A model generated the notes under the pieces. That model saw only the letters and a list, made by a program, of their open reading frames with translations. It was not told the origin of the DNA and did no database searches. Positions 38,899 to 54,030 of a stretch of DNA of 64,000 bases are shown here, piece after piece. Every line of letters begins with the position of its first letter. Positions within the stretch are counted from its first letter, which is position 1. The position numbers and the translations under genes were made by a program. Source of the DNA: Amoebidium appalachense (taxonomy: Eukaryota; Protista; Ichthyosporea); assembly GCA_963693365.1 (NCBI GenBank), contig CAVNZM010000003.1, positions 5,452,472 through 5,516,471 of the forward strand, read 5' to 3'.

Positions 38899-40087
38899 CT
38901 AAGGGGTGAATTTGGGCTTTTTGTGGGGGCTGGCATGACCCTGTTGGCGCCTTCTCTTCATCGCCGACCTGGTAAGGGGGGTCTCTCCCTCAGCCTCGTT
39001 GAACTCAGCCGGAGAGTCCTCACCTTGAAACTCAGCCGCCTCCTCCTCCACCCCCTCCACCTGCTGCACGGCCTCGCTGTCACCCTCCGTGCCGCCCACA
39101 GCGACATCCTCGCCCTCCTTGCCGACCTTGGCCGCGTCCGTCTCGTTTTCACGTTGGTCCACCTTGGGGTCTGGCGCCACCTCCCCGGCCTCCCGCTCGG
39201 CTGTCACCATCTGGTCCTTCACGTAGTTGTCGTAGTTTGAGATGTACTGCAGGTAATGGCGGGCACAGAGTCAGATGCTTTACAGAAGTCAGTCTAGAAA
39301 ACTTTTTCCAACTATGTGATTGTGTTGTTTGTGTTTTTTTTTTTTTTACGGGGGGGGGGGGGGGGTTTGCAGATGTGAACAAAGAAGTCTTTTATAAAAC
39401 AGAACAGACTAAATGCTAACTAGCTCGAGTGTCGGCACGCTATAGTGTAGTAAGCCATAATCACACCATAAGGGGGGGGGGGGGGGGGGTAGGAATTATA
39501 AAGAACTTAGCGTAAGTCTCGTGAGCCATGATGAAACACCCCACAGCTCAAGTGTCAGCATCCTATTGCCTAACCAAAAGGGGAGGGGGGGGGGGGGGGG
39601 GGGGGACCCACCAACTTGATGTTGCCTTCGGCCGCAGCACCGTCATAGTTGGGGTCGTCACATTCGAATTTCACGGGGGTCCACTTGTTGATGAGCTTGT
39701 GTTGGTTGGGGTCTCGCAGCGACACCTCGAAGCAGTTGACGACCAGCCGGAAGAATGCCCTGTGGTCTCTGGCGATATCCTGCCCAGTGCTTCTTTAGTG
39801 ATCTGTTTTCAAAAGAGGTAAAGTTCGGAAGGAATACACATAAGGAAGAGAAGAGAAGAGACAGATAATGTTGTCGTCATATTGTCTTACTGACATCCAA
39901 TGGATGTCATTAGGATCATATGACGACAACATTATGGCCCTTCATGATGTAAGAATGTGACCGTAATTCTCTATGATGATGCTTAAAACTGTCTTTATTC
40001 TTGAAATATTCCAAGCATTTGCAGACCTAGGAATATGCATCAATTTTTTTTCGATTCGATTCGTGGAATGTTCATGGTGGAGGGGAG

Positions 40088-40122
<35 letters not shown>

Positions 40123-42619
40123 AGAAAGCGTTATGCAAGTAAATATATACGATGAAAGCAAGTTATTTGGGAAGTTAAACCGGTGATCAGAGGAGAACGT
40201 GGAAGGGTGAAAGGGAGTGTGTGTGTGTGTATGTGTGTGTACACACGTGTGTTGGTTGAAGAGCGAGTATGTGTGAGTGGGTGGTGGGCAGGAGGGAAGG
40301 GGGGGGGGGGGGGGGGGGGGGGTCCTTTGATGTAGTCTAGACTCAGAATGTGTTGAAAGTGATTTGTTGGGGACATTACATACCAAGGCAGTCTTGTTGC
40401 CAAGGACAAGCCGCACAGCCTTCAATGAGATGCTGCTGAACAGGCGGGAAAACGGCTGGTACCCGAACGGGTTGCCCGTTTCAGGGTCGACAGAGTACAC
40501 GCGGCCGCACGGCTGGCCATTCAGCTTGACCTCATCCAGGAGGGCCAGCCACAGCGCTGGTCGCTCATCGGCAGTTGGGGCGTAGGCGACCAGCTGTGAA
40601 TGTGTGTTTGAATGCAGCAAAAGAAAGGAAACAGAAGCGAGTGGTGGTGAAGCAGGTGGCGGTGGCGTTGTGGGGGGGGGGGGGAGGAGGGGGGGGGGGG
40701 GGGGGTTAGTTAGTCCATGATTGTGTATTACAGAAGACTGTCAATAAAATATTATATAAATACAATGAAAAGAAAGTATTATTACTACATTACTACTTGA
40801 AACAGCTACATATCTCCATCCCTGTACAAATGACGTTAATGGCATACAAGTAGATTAGAACAAAACAGCTACATATCTCCATCCCTGTACAAATGACGTT
40901 AATGGCATACAAGTAGATTAGAACAAAACAGCTACATATCTCCATCCCTGTACAAATGACGTTAATGGCATACAAGTAGATTAGAACAAAGTAACCTGTG
41001 TGCTAGGATGCGTGTGAGAAGAGTTAAGCCCATTGTCATAGAAGGAGTCCGTTGAGTACGGAGGCGGGGGACCGCGGGGGGGGGGGGGGGGGGGGGGGGG
41101 GGGAAATACATCGAGATTGGTCCCAGGTACAACGTACCCAGTCCTCAGGAAGTTGCGGACGTGCTGGTGGACATTGGACTTGATGGAGGTGATGCCCGTG
41201 CGGATTTTGGAGATATACTTCTGTGCGGGATCGCTACGCACACAGTTGCGGATGATGTGGACCCACTTGGCCACGGCCTCCTGATTCAGCTTCGCGCTTG
41301 ACGTCTCGACTTTCTGAAGAACCTCAACGAACTTTCCAGCCAGGTCCCCATCGTGGGCGTTGTTGATCTGGGGTGACTCCAGCACAAGGTGCTGGTAGAT
41401 GTTGTGGGTCTTGGAGGACTTTTCCACATAGTCATTCTGACGGTGATGGAAAATGTTAGAAAACAAGAATGACGATGTGAATAAATCTTGATGGAGCTAT
41501 AAATCCTCCATGCTGGAAACGTGCTGTAGCAGTTGCTTTGAAATGACCAAGTTTGAATAGTTCCTTCAGTTTATCCACTTAGACAGAATAAGGGTGTGGA
41601 TGTAGTAAGGATGGGTTTAGTGCGGGTAGGGGGGATGAATGCATTAGGATCGGAGGTGGCAGCATGAGGTGGTGGGATGGCAACAATTCCTCCACAAGGA
41701 TGAGCTTTGATCACAGAGATTGGTGGGGGGAGGGTTGTTTGAAACATAACTACTACAATAGGTAAGAGAAACAAAATCAAAACGAAACCAAGGGAGGGAT
41801 AGGTTGCCTACCAGGAACTGGGTGGTCTCCTGAAAGGATAATGTCTCGGGGTGTTTCTTGGAGGGGGAGGGGGTTGGGCGACGGGAAGGGGTGGTAGGGG
41901 TGCGGCCCAGCCCAGGCGCAGATGGAGACGGAGGCGGCTCTGGATCATCAAGCGCTGGCAGTCTCGCCTCCTTGCCCAGGAGGGCGCGCAACTGCTCCCT
42001 CATGGCGGCGCGACTGTAGGAGCGGATGAGCTTTCGCATCCTCTGGGAGGTGTAGGTTGGGTGCTTGCCCGACAACACCAGTGTGTAAAAAAGGACCTCG
42101 AGCTGATCCTCGCGGTTGTAGGGGCATTCATCCTCGTCGTTGAAGTTGTTCTCGTCATCTTCCTGGACTTCTGTGACTGAAGAATAGTAGGACTAATGTT
42201 AGTACAATTGTTGGAATCGTAGAAAACTAACAGAAGTGCGGAAACAGGGCAACCCTGGCAACAGATAGTATTTTCCGGCATGATCCAGATAACTATTGGA
42301 GGTCATCATATGACCCAAAACACCACCGAATCCCCCCCCTTTCCCAACCATTTCTACACCAAAAATGATCTATCGTATGGATATCCCCATCAACATATCG
42401 TGGGTGAAGGCGGAGGTTTCAAAAACACAAAAGAACTAGTTGACGTGGACAGGCGAGTGGGGGGAGCGAGTAAACCACACTAGCAGCAGGTGTGTTTAGA
42501 AAGAGTGGAGTGGGTGAAGGGAGAGTATATAAACGGAGGGGGAGGGGGGGGGGGGGGAGGGTTGAATGCAGTCAACAGAACAAAAGTACAAATACAACGG
42601 GGAGTGGGGGGGGGTGAGT

Positions 42620-42651
<32 letters not shown>

Positions 42652-44028
42652 TGACCAATAGCAACGGCTATGTTTTCCTGTGTAACTGACTGGAATCCCG
42701 CTATCATGTTCTCCACACTAGGCAAGAAGTGTTCCCGACACTCGCACGTGGGATACAGCGCAAGCTGGTCGATCCAGAGAAAAGTTGCGGTGTTCACTGC
42801 TAGCGCAATGTTCGGGCCAACCTGAAAGCCATAGTGAAGCGCTCCAGGTGTGGTTTGTACCAAGTCGCCGGCGCGCTGTACGACTATGACAGGTGCCAAC
42901 CCTATGGATGCAAGGTAACGCGGAGACCGAGGGATATAATTTTTGTGCTGAAGTGGGTTTCTGCACGAGCCTGGCAATTCGTTGCGGGCCAGCTGTAAGA
43001 GCCGTTTGTACTGGGAGGGAGGGTGGATAAACCACACCTTAATGCCCCACAAAAGAAGGCTTGCTGAGGCCAGCGCGGCATCTTCAATGTGTGCACCAAA
43101 CACTGTTAAACCCAAGACAGACAACTGCACGTACAACATGGCAACATTGATTCCTGGCATTGTTTCCCCGAAATGATTTCTTCCCAACGGCGTGAAGTCA
43201 CTGATTGCAGTTACATTGAAAACACGTTCGTCGAATATTTGATCACCATCCACCTCGACATCGGATGCATAGACACCACCAACACCTTCCAGGTTTTCCT
43301 CAAACAACTGCGCTATCTGCTCACTGCTCATTTCACCCAAACCACTAACATCTTGAGGCAACGTTTGACACTTGGAAAGGTCCACGCTGACAGGCTCCCG
43401 GCTTATCTCGCACCATGACTCGGACACGCGAGTTACTGTTTGCCTACACGCTTGCTCTTTTATCTCTTTGGTCGAAAACTGTTCCATCGCATCACGAAAA
43501 GGAACAGGAGGTGCAAACCCCTCTAATAAACAACAGCCCTCCCGTTTCTCTTCAGCACTGTGCAGGGCACGAAGTGCCTTTAAAGCCTTTTCCCTATTCA
43601 TGAAAGACGAAGCGCAATGTTGTTTTTATGTTTGAAGATTTTAAAAGTTTTTGATGTTACAGTGAGAAAGCCTAGGTGAAACTGACAACGAGCACACGCG
43701 TAACGACTATTTATGCAGCAGGGGGTGTAAAACACAAACACAACCCACCTTTCCTCTTCGGCTGCAGCATGGCGAGGGCGGCCGGGGCCGTAACTGAGGT
43801 GATGCCTTTGAGGAGAATACCGACTGACTGCCCAGTAGGGCTTTCAGCCTTGCTGGGATTCTCCCTGCCCCTACCCCCGGCCTTGCTATCCTTGCCGCCC
43901 TTGCCGCCCTTGCCGCCCTTGCTGGCGGCCACGGGCTCGCTGCAGTCCGAGTCGTCGAACGGCGTCTCAACCTTTTTGCGCTTGGGAAGCTTGGTCGTTG
44001 TGGCGCCCATTTTCGCGGTCTTTGGCAT
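38899..44028 (-). CDS. Multi-exon KDM4-like JmjC histone demethylase with C-terminal extension (exons ~44028-43749, 43671-42656, 42176-41812, 41436-41110, 40593-40385, ~40027-39891, 39803-39611, 39248-38899)
   Basis: VYASD, PGIN..MLY, FGAHIED (HxE), GIKVWFIHPP, CRNPLQHK, QRAGDLVQTTPGALHYGF..GPN...AVN, WID...CEC: KDM4-type Fe ligands and Zn site. GT-AG junctions; exons 2-5 join in phase, but exon1/2 and the distal exons need frameshifts. Confidence 0.85.
40795..40990. repeat. 63-bp tandem repeat x3 in a JmjC intron
   Basis: aaacagctacatatctccatccctgtacaaatgacgttaatggcatacaagtagattagaaca occurs three times. Confidence 0.95.
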
Positions 44029-45445
44029 GGTGGAGACGTGGAAGGCGTAAGCGCGAGACAGAGCGATGACGATATGTGGTCATATGGACCACAAAGATGT
44101 GTTATGTGGGGTTTCTGTTGCAGTTCCGGTTGGGAAATGGATTGCAATCGTATGCCCATGAAAACATTTTAATTGGTTGATCATCGCATAAGCTGAAGCC
44201 AATCAAACGCGTAACCCAATCACAGACGGCGAAAACATATGATATGTTTTCCCCCCACACCACCTGCAATTTGCTGAGGTTGGACCCTGGTCATCAAGAC
44301 TTCTTGGCCATAAAATGACAATACAATTACAGCAAAACATTCTGCAGAAACCCGATATTCTCACATTTAAAGTGTTTATAAAAAGCCTTAGTTTCAAGTA
44401 GAGGCATTTTTTTTCTTGCTTTGTGTCGACGACATCTTTTATCCGCTTGAAATTTGTCAGCACCCATAATTCTACTATTACAGTACGTTGTATGTGGGGA
44501 TCACCATCCGTCTTTCCTGTTTTAACTCGCGCTGAGGCAGAAGTTATAAGAAGCAGACGGGGAAAACTCAGCATAAGAGATCAATGAAATGAACATAAAT
44601 ATTAAATTACCAGACAATTTACAGTGCAAATTTTCTAGTAATTTCTACGTCCATTACGAAAGAAAATAACCAACTTTTGACTTGCACCTGTTTTCCCTGC
44701 CGCGCTCAGGTATGTGGGTCTATCGGAGGGAAGGTGTGGACCTGACATTGAGCTTATCGAGTCAGTGGCCGCAGGGAGAAGAGAATTAATATATATATTG
44801 GAATATTAATAGTTGAACTCTTCTGCATTTTTTATTGTTTTTTTGTATTTTTTACACTGTCCACATTTATTGACACTTATATAAGGACCGAACGATTAGG
44901 TAGGCTATGCCAGTGGATTCCCATGTTTACGAAGTGCGCGCGCTGCCTAGAGTGGCCACATGTATGCATGACAGATCACCAATGATATTTGCAACGCACG
45001 CAAACCAAACAACATCCAGGTCGTTGAAATCTCCACGGTTGTTCTAATAACACATTCAGCTTTATATTTACTTTTAAGTTTGTTATTTTTTATGTCAATG
45101 TATATATGGGCATGCGCACCTAGTAGCATAGTGTTGGACGAAGCAACGCAGCATGATAGAGTTTATGCCATAGCAGACCAATCGCCGCATTGGAACTATC
45201 CGAGTATGATAAATGTCCAATCACCACGATTAGGATTATTGGACATCTTCATGTTGTAGGAAACACCACCCGGGGGTCAACGCGGACTCCACGACATCAG
45301 GCAAGGGACATCATGATCAACACAACCCATCCACATCCCAGCTGGACGCACACGAGAGATCTATCTGTACTATAAAATATATATGTATATACACTGTTTT
45401 GATAAACTTTGTGTATGCACGTGATGTGCGGTAAAGCGCGTCAAA

Positions 45446-47122
45446 ATGCCGGGTCCTATACCATGCCCATTATGCCAAGATACGTTTCGAAACCGTGCCG
45501 GTATGGTTAGCCACCTTGTTCATAGGCATAGGTATACAAAAGCAGAAATCGATCGTGCGAACGAAGAGAGCGAGGACAGGCTGACACGTGGCCTGCGTGC
45601 GGCACGGTCCGAGAACCTGGCGCCTGAGTCAGAGAACGATCCTATGGACACTAGTGGAGAAGAAAACGAGGAGGATGCCAGGGAGCCGGACGAACCAGAG
45701 GGGGCGGCACATGGGGAGCTCGAGGACTCGGAAATGGAAGATCCCCACGCGCACCACAATCATATCCCATTCCCAGGCTGCACACACCACCTCACTTTCC
45801 TTAGGGACGGGGAGGAGTATCATGCCCTAAAGGAAAAACTGTTGAAGAGACAGCAGATGCAGCTTGTGGTGGAGGCCGGTAGCGATTCCAATTTAGGGAA
45901 ATTACGGGGGGTTCCTGAGGGGCAGAAGGCATACATTCAAAAAGTCAGTGCACTCACGGAGGAGCTACGGAAAGACCCATACTACCCGTTCGCGAGCAAA
46001 CCCGAGGTAAGCTGAACAAGGCGCTCCCCCCCCCCCCCCTCCAACCCCCCCCCCCCCCCGGATCCGAGCCCCCCCCCCCCCCCCTCACACACACACACAC
46101 ACACACACACCTCCATCCCCCCCCCCCCCCCCCCCCCCCCTGCCCCTCCCTACCGTGACTGTACCATGAAAACCCGCATATGAAACCCGCAAGGTATTAT
46201 GCGTGTGAACCACACTGAAAGCTAGAGCGATGCACCGTGACATGCACATTTTGACATCCATGTGCTCTCCCCTTGTTTACACTGTCTGTACATGTGCAGG
46301 CTGATTTGGCCGAGTTCTTCCACGAGAACAAGACCTCGAATGCAGCCGCTGACCGCCTCCTGGGGATCATGGGAGAGCACGCCAGTGACATCCCCAACCC
46401 TCTTCCCAAGAAGGTCAAGCACATTCATGACAAGATAGACAATCTACTCCCCGGCCTGGTAAGCTGTTTTACATTTGCATGCCAACCGCGCGCACGGTCG
46501 TGGGTAGATCGGGTAGATCTTGATCCGCTCAGGCTATACTATAAAAGTAATGTTTAAGCTGTCTAGCCATTCGTCGATCTACTAGATCAGATCCATTTAG
46601 GTATGTCATTGGCGAATCTATACAATTATCTAACCTCCACATTCCAATTAGATCCACGCAGGAACTTCAACGCCTAAAACTTTGTGCCTGCGTACGATCT
46701 TCCCGGTTTCTGCACATGCCTAATTTAAAAATCGAACCTAACACAATATGCACACAGGAATTCTCGCGCTTGAGCGTGGATCTTGACATGCACGGTGTGA
46801 AACCCCTCGACGTCATGTATAGGGACATTGGAGACTGCATCCAACGCGTGCTCCTTCATCCCTCTCTAGGCCGCGAGGGCGGCATCACCTACAAAACGGA
46901 ATTCCCAGTGGACGGGCTTGGGCGCCGGGTGTACAAGGACAACATGGATGGAGACTGGGCATTGAGGGAAGAATTGCAAATACCGGTCGGGGGCACTCTT
47001 ATGTCTCTGATCATATACTCAGATCAGACACAACTGACGCAGTTTGCCGGCAAAAAGGCGTATCCGGTGTACGTGTCGTTGGGGAACATCAACAAGGACG
47101 TGAGGTCTGGCGATTGGTGCAG
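45446..47122 (+). CDS. Plavaka transposase, 5' exons (45446-46005, 46300-46458, 46758-47122)
   Basis: N-terminal C2H2 (CPLC...HLVHRH); YYPFASKPE|ADLAEFF; RRVYKDNMDGDW; LIIYSDQTQLTQFAGKKAYPVYVSLGNINKDVR, the Plavaka hallmark. Splice phases are consistent. Confidence 0.88.
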
Positions 47123-47358
47123 GTATGTTAAGCAACTCAGATCCCCAACGTTGTACTGGCGTGTTACTATGCATGCACCGTGCATGTACTATAAATGAAG
47201 CAATAACATCCCCATGTATACCTCCGGGATGGAGATACTCATGATCACGCGTGCGCATGCATAGCGCGCAGCTGTGACCGGGGGGAGAGGGGAAGGGGGG
47301 GGGGGGGGGGGGGGGGGGGAGCGGCGGAGAGGGGACAGGGGGGCCCCCACGGGGGGGG

Positions 47359-47430
<72 letters not shown>

Positions 47431-47479
47431 CCCCCCCCCAGAGGGGGGGGGGGAGGGAAGGGGGGCGAACGGACATGGT

Positions 47480-50064
47480 CATCAGCAAACTTCATCCGGC
47501 ATCCGAAACCCATCTTATATATCATTTTGATATATGGCATACCAAACCCCACCCTAAATACGTCAAAAAGAGCCTGACAAGATATCATAGAATTCCCGGA
47601 TAGAACCCATCAGATCCCTATCAATGATATCTTTGATAGGGTTCGGATTGGTTATGGTATGGCGCATATCCGAAACCCATCCTTTGCTGATATCCTTACG
47701 ATATCCTTACGATATCATAGAAAACCACGATGGTTTTGGTTTTTGACCGAAAATCTCAAAATTTCCTCATAGCATTATGATATCCATATGCTATCCTAGT
47801 GATATGTATGTTAGCAAGGTCATAATAGCTCTTTTGGATATGTTTCACATACGTTTAGGATATTGGTGCCCCAAACGATATCTGTTAGATGTCTTTGTTA
47901 TAGCCTACAGATATCCCTCATTATAGAATATCTTAATCCCATCCAATACGCATTACATGACGATATCTACCTGATGTCGTGGGACAATACAAATTGATAT
48001 CCACGTGATATCTGATGGATAACATGTATGCTTATAAATTGAATATAATACAGATGTTGTTTTGATATCGTCTGGACATCGTTGTGATGTACCTACAACC
48101 ATTTTTTTGATATCGTTATGCGCCCATGGGGGTAATCCAGAAGATACCCTTGTACACAACCAGTAGGCATGTTGAAGACATCCTTTTGATATCCTTTCGG
48201 ATATCCCTTTGTCCACAGGCCCAAGATATGATATCTAATTCATATCATTGTACAGGTCGTAAGGATATGTACCAAATATATCTAAATAAAGACTTGTGAT
48301 ATATGTGATTGGTATGTGTAAGATGCCCCTATGTACATCAATGTGATATGCTGTAACTTATCATTTGAATATCCCGCTCTGTCTAAAACGGCAGCATTGT
48401 GGGTATCCTTTTGATATTCTTTTTGATATCCCTTTTATATTCAATATGTTATCTGTTTTTGGTCCTACATCTCAAACATATCACAACTGCCTCTTTGCAG
48501 GCCCAAGCTACGATATCTAATTCATATCTTTGTACACGTCGTAAGGATATGTACCTGATATATCTAAATAAAGACTAGTGAGTTGTGTGATTGATATCGG
48601 TAAGATGTCGCTATGTACATCAATGTGATATGCTGTAACCTATCATTTGAATATCCTAATCTGTCCAGAGCAGTAGTCCACGAGGTATCATCTACATATC
48701 TTTTAGAGGCCCTTAGATTATCATTGCGATATCCGCATAGGGATATATTTATATATCGAATTCATAAGTATATGATACATAAGCTTGCCATCCCAGTGAT
48801 ATCTAAGCGGCAGTATTGTGGATATTAGAAAGATATCAGAAGAACATCCGTGCAGTAGAAGGTCAGTGTCTTTTGTAAGTACATCAATGTGATATCTAAA
48901 CGGCAGCATTGTGGATATTAGAAAGATATCAGAAGAACAATCGAAAAATCCTTTAGATGTCTATTAGATGTCCGATGAGAATGGTTGCGATATACGCGCA
49001 AAGAAAATTTTTGTGATCAAGCCAGCTGAGCAATCGTTGGGAAACCCGCCAATTACTCACACGGGGCATTGCGGGGCTCATTGCGGCCATCTGAATGTGA
49101 TGGTGGCATGGCCATTTATATAGGGCCAGGAAATCACTTTTCCGTTCGATTGTGGGACGAAAATCACAAAATGGCAAACCCGATTTTGATTGGTTGTTAT
49201 TCTTCAAAACGGCATGCTCAGGGTCACCCAACTGTGATCAGCCAATCACGTTTCATGTTTAATTGAGATTATCGCATACATCTAATGAAGATATGTTTCT
49301 GCCATCTTTACGACATCGCAACGACCTGATCTTCTATGGTCTGATCTTGTACATATCCCACAGGGGTCATAAACATCTCATAATGATATTTGTTAGATAA
49401 ACACGCAACCACAACGGCCGCAAATAAAACTAAATTACCCCATTTGGCAAGTGCCATGTGGCAGAGTGTAAATTGCGAACGTCCGAAACACTAAACACTA
49501 GGCAAAATAGAGCAATCTAGTAACTACATAGTACCAATTTCGAGCATCGAAGCAGGAAAATGGTTATTTATTGCAATTTTATATTTTGTGTGTTCCGAGG
49601 ATGTTACCACCTTTGAAGGTTTATTAGCGCCTGAAAACAATACCTTACTGCATTAGGGCGGGTGCACATCACAGGCACGTGCACATTCTCCGGACACCAG
49701 ATGATATATCGCAAGATATCCGTACGATATCTAATGTATGTATTGTTGATATCATTCTATTCTCATGCATCGTAGTTATAATGAACGTTACCATTTTATG
49801 ACTATTTATGATATAAAACGCTAGTTACGCTTGTGCTTTCTATAACCGGTAACGCACGTTAACATTATGCCTCCGCGCGCGTGAACTACAAAGTATGTGA
49901 AAACTGCAACGTAGTGATACACACTCTTCTTCTGAACCTATGTCGTCAATCATGACACACACACACACACACACACACAGCGAGACACGCACGCTGCCAC
50001 ACACACACACACAAACACACACACACAGAGAGAGATACACACACACAGACAGACACGTTGCCCT

Positions 50065-50095
<31 letters not shown>

Positions 50096-50128
50096 GCCAC
50101 ACACACACACACACACACAGGCACGTTG

Positions 50129-50212
<84 letters not shown>

Positions 50213-50236
50213 ACACACACGTTACCATGCGCACCT

Positions 50237-50295
<59 letters not shown>

Positions 50296-50362
50296 ACACG
50301 TACATACACACACCCAAACACATGCCCGTGTGCACGTACATCGGTAGACACGAACGCGCGAG

Positions 50363-50394
<32 letters not shown>

Positions 50395-53036
50395 GTGTTC
50401 ACATAAAGACAGGGTACACCACGGTTGCCTCGATATTCCTCTGTTCTTTATCTACACATTCTCGGCTCACTCTCCCGTTCATAAAATATCTCCTCCCTTG
50501 TAGCACCTTGTAGCATAGTATATGTACATATGTTACCTAGACATTATTGGTTTTTCAATAACTACCCACAGAACAGCCTCTAGCACGAGAAATTTACCAC
50601 AACGTTTATGGGGGGATGGTAAATGTGCCCCTGGAGTACGAGGGTCACACGAAAAAAACACAACCTTGTAGCTCGAATAGAACCCCCCTTGTAGCATAGT
50701 ATAAGTACATGTGTTACCTAGACATTATTCGTTTTTTCAATAACTACCCACAGAACAGCTTCTAGCACGAGAGCTTTACCACAAAGTTTATGGGGGGGAT
50801 GGTGAATGTGCCCCTGGAGTACGAGGGTCACACGAAAAAAACACAACGTTGTAGCTCGTATAGAACCCCCCTTGTAGCATAGTATATGTACATAGTATGT
50901 TACCTAGACATTATTGGTTTTTTCAATAACTACCCACAGAACAGCTTCTAGCACGAGACATTTACCACAAAGTTTATGGGGGAGATGGTGAATGTGCCCC
51001 TGGAGTACGAGGGTCACACGAAAAAAACACAATGTTGTAGCTCGAATAGACCCCCCTTGTAGCATAGTATATGTCCATGTGTTACCTAGACATTATTGGT
51101 TGTTTCAATAACTACCCACAGAACAGCTTCTAGCACGAGACATTTACCACAACGTGTATGGGGGGGATGTTGAATGTGCCCCTGGAGTACAAGGGTCACA
51201 CGAAAAAAACACAACGTTGTAGCTCGTATAGAACCCCCCTTGTAGCATAGTATATGTACATAGTATGTTACCTAGACATTATTGGTTTTTTCAATAACTA
51301 CCCACAGAACAGCTTCTAGCACGAGAGCTTTACCACAACGTTTATGGGGGGGATGGTGAATGTGCCCCTGGAGTACGAGGGTCACACGAAGAAAACACAA
51401 CGTTGTAGCTCGTATAGAACCCCCCTTGTAGCATAGTATATGTACATATGTTACCTAGACATTATTGGTTTTTCAATAGCTACCCACAGAACAGCCTCTA
51501 GCACGAGAGATTTACCACAAAGTTTATGGGGTGGATGGTGAATGTGCCCCTGGAGTACGAGGGTCACACGAAAAAAACACAACATTGTAGCTCGAATAGA
51601 ACCCCCCTTGTAGCATAGTATAAGTACATGTGTTACCTAGACATTATTCGTTTTTTCAATAACTACCCACAGAACAGCTTCTAGCACGAGAGCTTTACCA
51701 CAACGTGTATGGGGGGGATGGTGAATGTGCCCCTGGAGTACGAGGGTCACACGAAAAAAGCACAACGTTGTAGCTCGTATAGAACCCCCCTTGTAGCATA
51801 GTATATGTACATAGTATGTTACCTAGACATTATTGGTTTTTTCAATAACTACCCACAGAACAGCTTCTAGCACGAGAGCTTTACCACAACGTTTATGGGG
51901 GGGATGGTGAATGTGCCCCTGGAGTACGAGGGTCACACGAAAAAAACACAACGTTGTAGCTCGTATAGAACCCCCCTTGTAGCATAGTATATGTACATAT
52001 ATATGTTACCTAGACATTATTGGTTTTTCAATAACTACCCACAGAACAGCCTCTAGGACGAGAGATTTACCACAACGTTTATGGGGTGGATGGTGAATGT
52101 GCCCCTGGAGTACGAGGGTCACACGAAAAAAACACAACATTGTAGCTCGAATAGAACCCCCCTTGTAGCATAGCATATGTACATGTGTTACCTAGACATT
52201 ATTCGTTTTTTCAATAACTACCCACAGAACAGCTTCTAGCACGAGAACTTTACCACAAAGTTTATGGGGGGGATGGTGAATGTGCCCCTGGAGTACGAGG
52301 GTCACACGAAAAAAACACAACGTTGTAGCTCGTATAGAACCCCCTTTGTAGCATAGTATATGTACATCATACGGTATGTTACCTAGACATTATTGGTTTT
52401 TTCAATAACTACCCACATGCGGCATGTGTTACTTTCACGTTATTGGTTTCCTAGCACGGGATATTCAGCACACAGTTGGGGATGTGGGGGCAGTGTACAC
52501 CTCAATATTGGTAAGGTGGTGGGTGGGTTGGGGGGGGGGGGGGGGGGGGGGGGGGAGGGGGGGGGGGGTTCCACACAACCGAAACTGTCGGTGTTACAAG
52601 TGGTTCGGTCTTAAGAAGTTAGAACGGTGATTTTTTAATTAATAGCGGGAAACAATATTATCCCCATTGCATATGGGGGGAACGAGGAGGGGGGAGGGGG
52701 GGGGGGGGGGGGGTTCACAACGAATTCTATCGACTGTGCATAATTAATGTATATTGCACATGTAGCCTGAAAGATTAAAGTGAATGTGTGTATGTATATG
52801 TGCGAGTATATTTGTGTATGCAATACATGTACAATGTTTTCGTCTTTGTAGGTGGGTGGGTGGGGTGGGTGGGGGGGGGGGGGGGGGGGGGTGCGCGGGG
52901 GGGAAGAGGGAGGGGGGAGGGGGCATCATGATCAGGGATAACAGGGTGTGTGCGTGTGTGCGCTTGTGTGTGCATGTGCTGTGTGTGTTGTGTAGGTGTG
53001 CGCCTGTGTGTGTGTGCGTGCCTGTGTGTGCGCGCC

Positions 53037-53068
<32 letters not shown>

Positions 53069-53102
53069 GTGCATGTGTGAGTGTGTGTGCGTGCGCGCGC
53101 GC

Positions 53103-53133
<31 letters not shown>

Positions 53134-53993
53134 TGTGTGATTTCAAAGAAGTCGAAAGCGCCAGTGACACCCATGTTGAAAAAAAGACAAGCAAGCACGC
53201 TAAGAAGGACAGCAAGAAGTAACAGAAACCCTTTCATGCCGAAAAAATGGTCAAGAACAAAGAAGTGGAGGACACGTAACTATAGTCTGATAGTTGTGAC
53301 TAAGGGCACTAAGGGTAGCGCTAAGGGCACCAAGCTGATGCACGCGCGCGCGCGAGCCGAAATCTATTTTTATCTTTTTCCTAATCAGGCGCGGCGAATA
53401 GTGATTGGCTAAATCCCAATCCGGTTTGCAATTTTTTTCTCCATTTAAGCCTGTACGCACGTTGTTTTCTCCATTTCTCTTCCCCCTTCCCGCAGGTCCG
53501 CAGGTCCTTTCCCGCAGGTCGCCTGGTCGCAGGTCCCTTCCCGCAGGTCGCCTGGTCGCAGTTCCCTTCCCGCAGCGCCTGGTCACAGATCCCCTCCGCA
53601 GATCGCGCAGCCACCGTGCTGATTGTTTTGGACCATGCTGCATGCTGCAGCTTCTTCTTGAAGGTTAGTTTTGTGTTGCCTGCTTTTGTGCATATGGCGT
53701 TTGTCTGTCTGGTCTGTGTCTGTGTCTGTGTGTGTGTGTGTGTATGTGTGTGTGCGTGCGTGCGTGTGCGTGTGTCTGCTGGCTGCAGATGCACGTTGCC
53801 TTTCACGTTCATGAACCAGCGACTGTGGGCACTACTTTTGCTGTTAGCACTATAGCTATCATCCCCTCCACCGATCGTTCAAGCTATTTTCTGCTTCTCT
53901 AGACTTCATAAGTTCTGGTCCGGGTTTCCGTCCTTACTATGTTTAAGGTTGGTTCTGTCGACTCTTTTTTTGCCACTCTCAGTCAGCCCCCTC

Positions 53994-54030
<37 letters not shown>

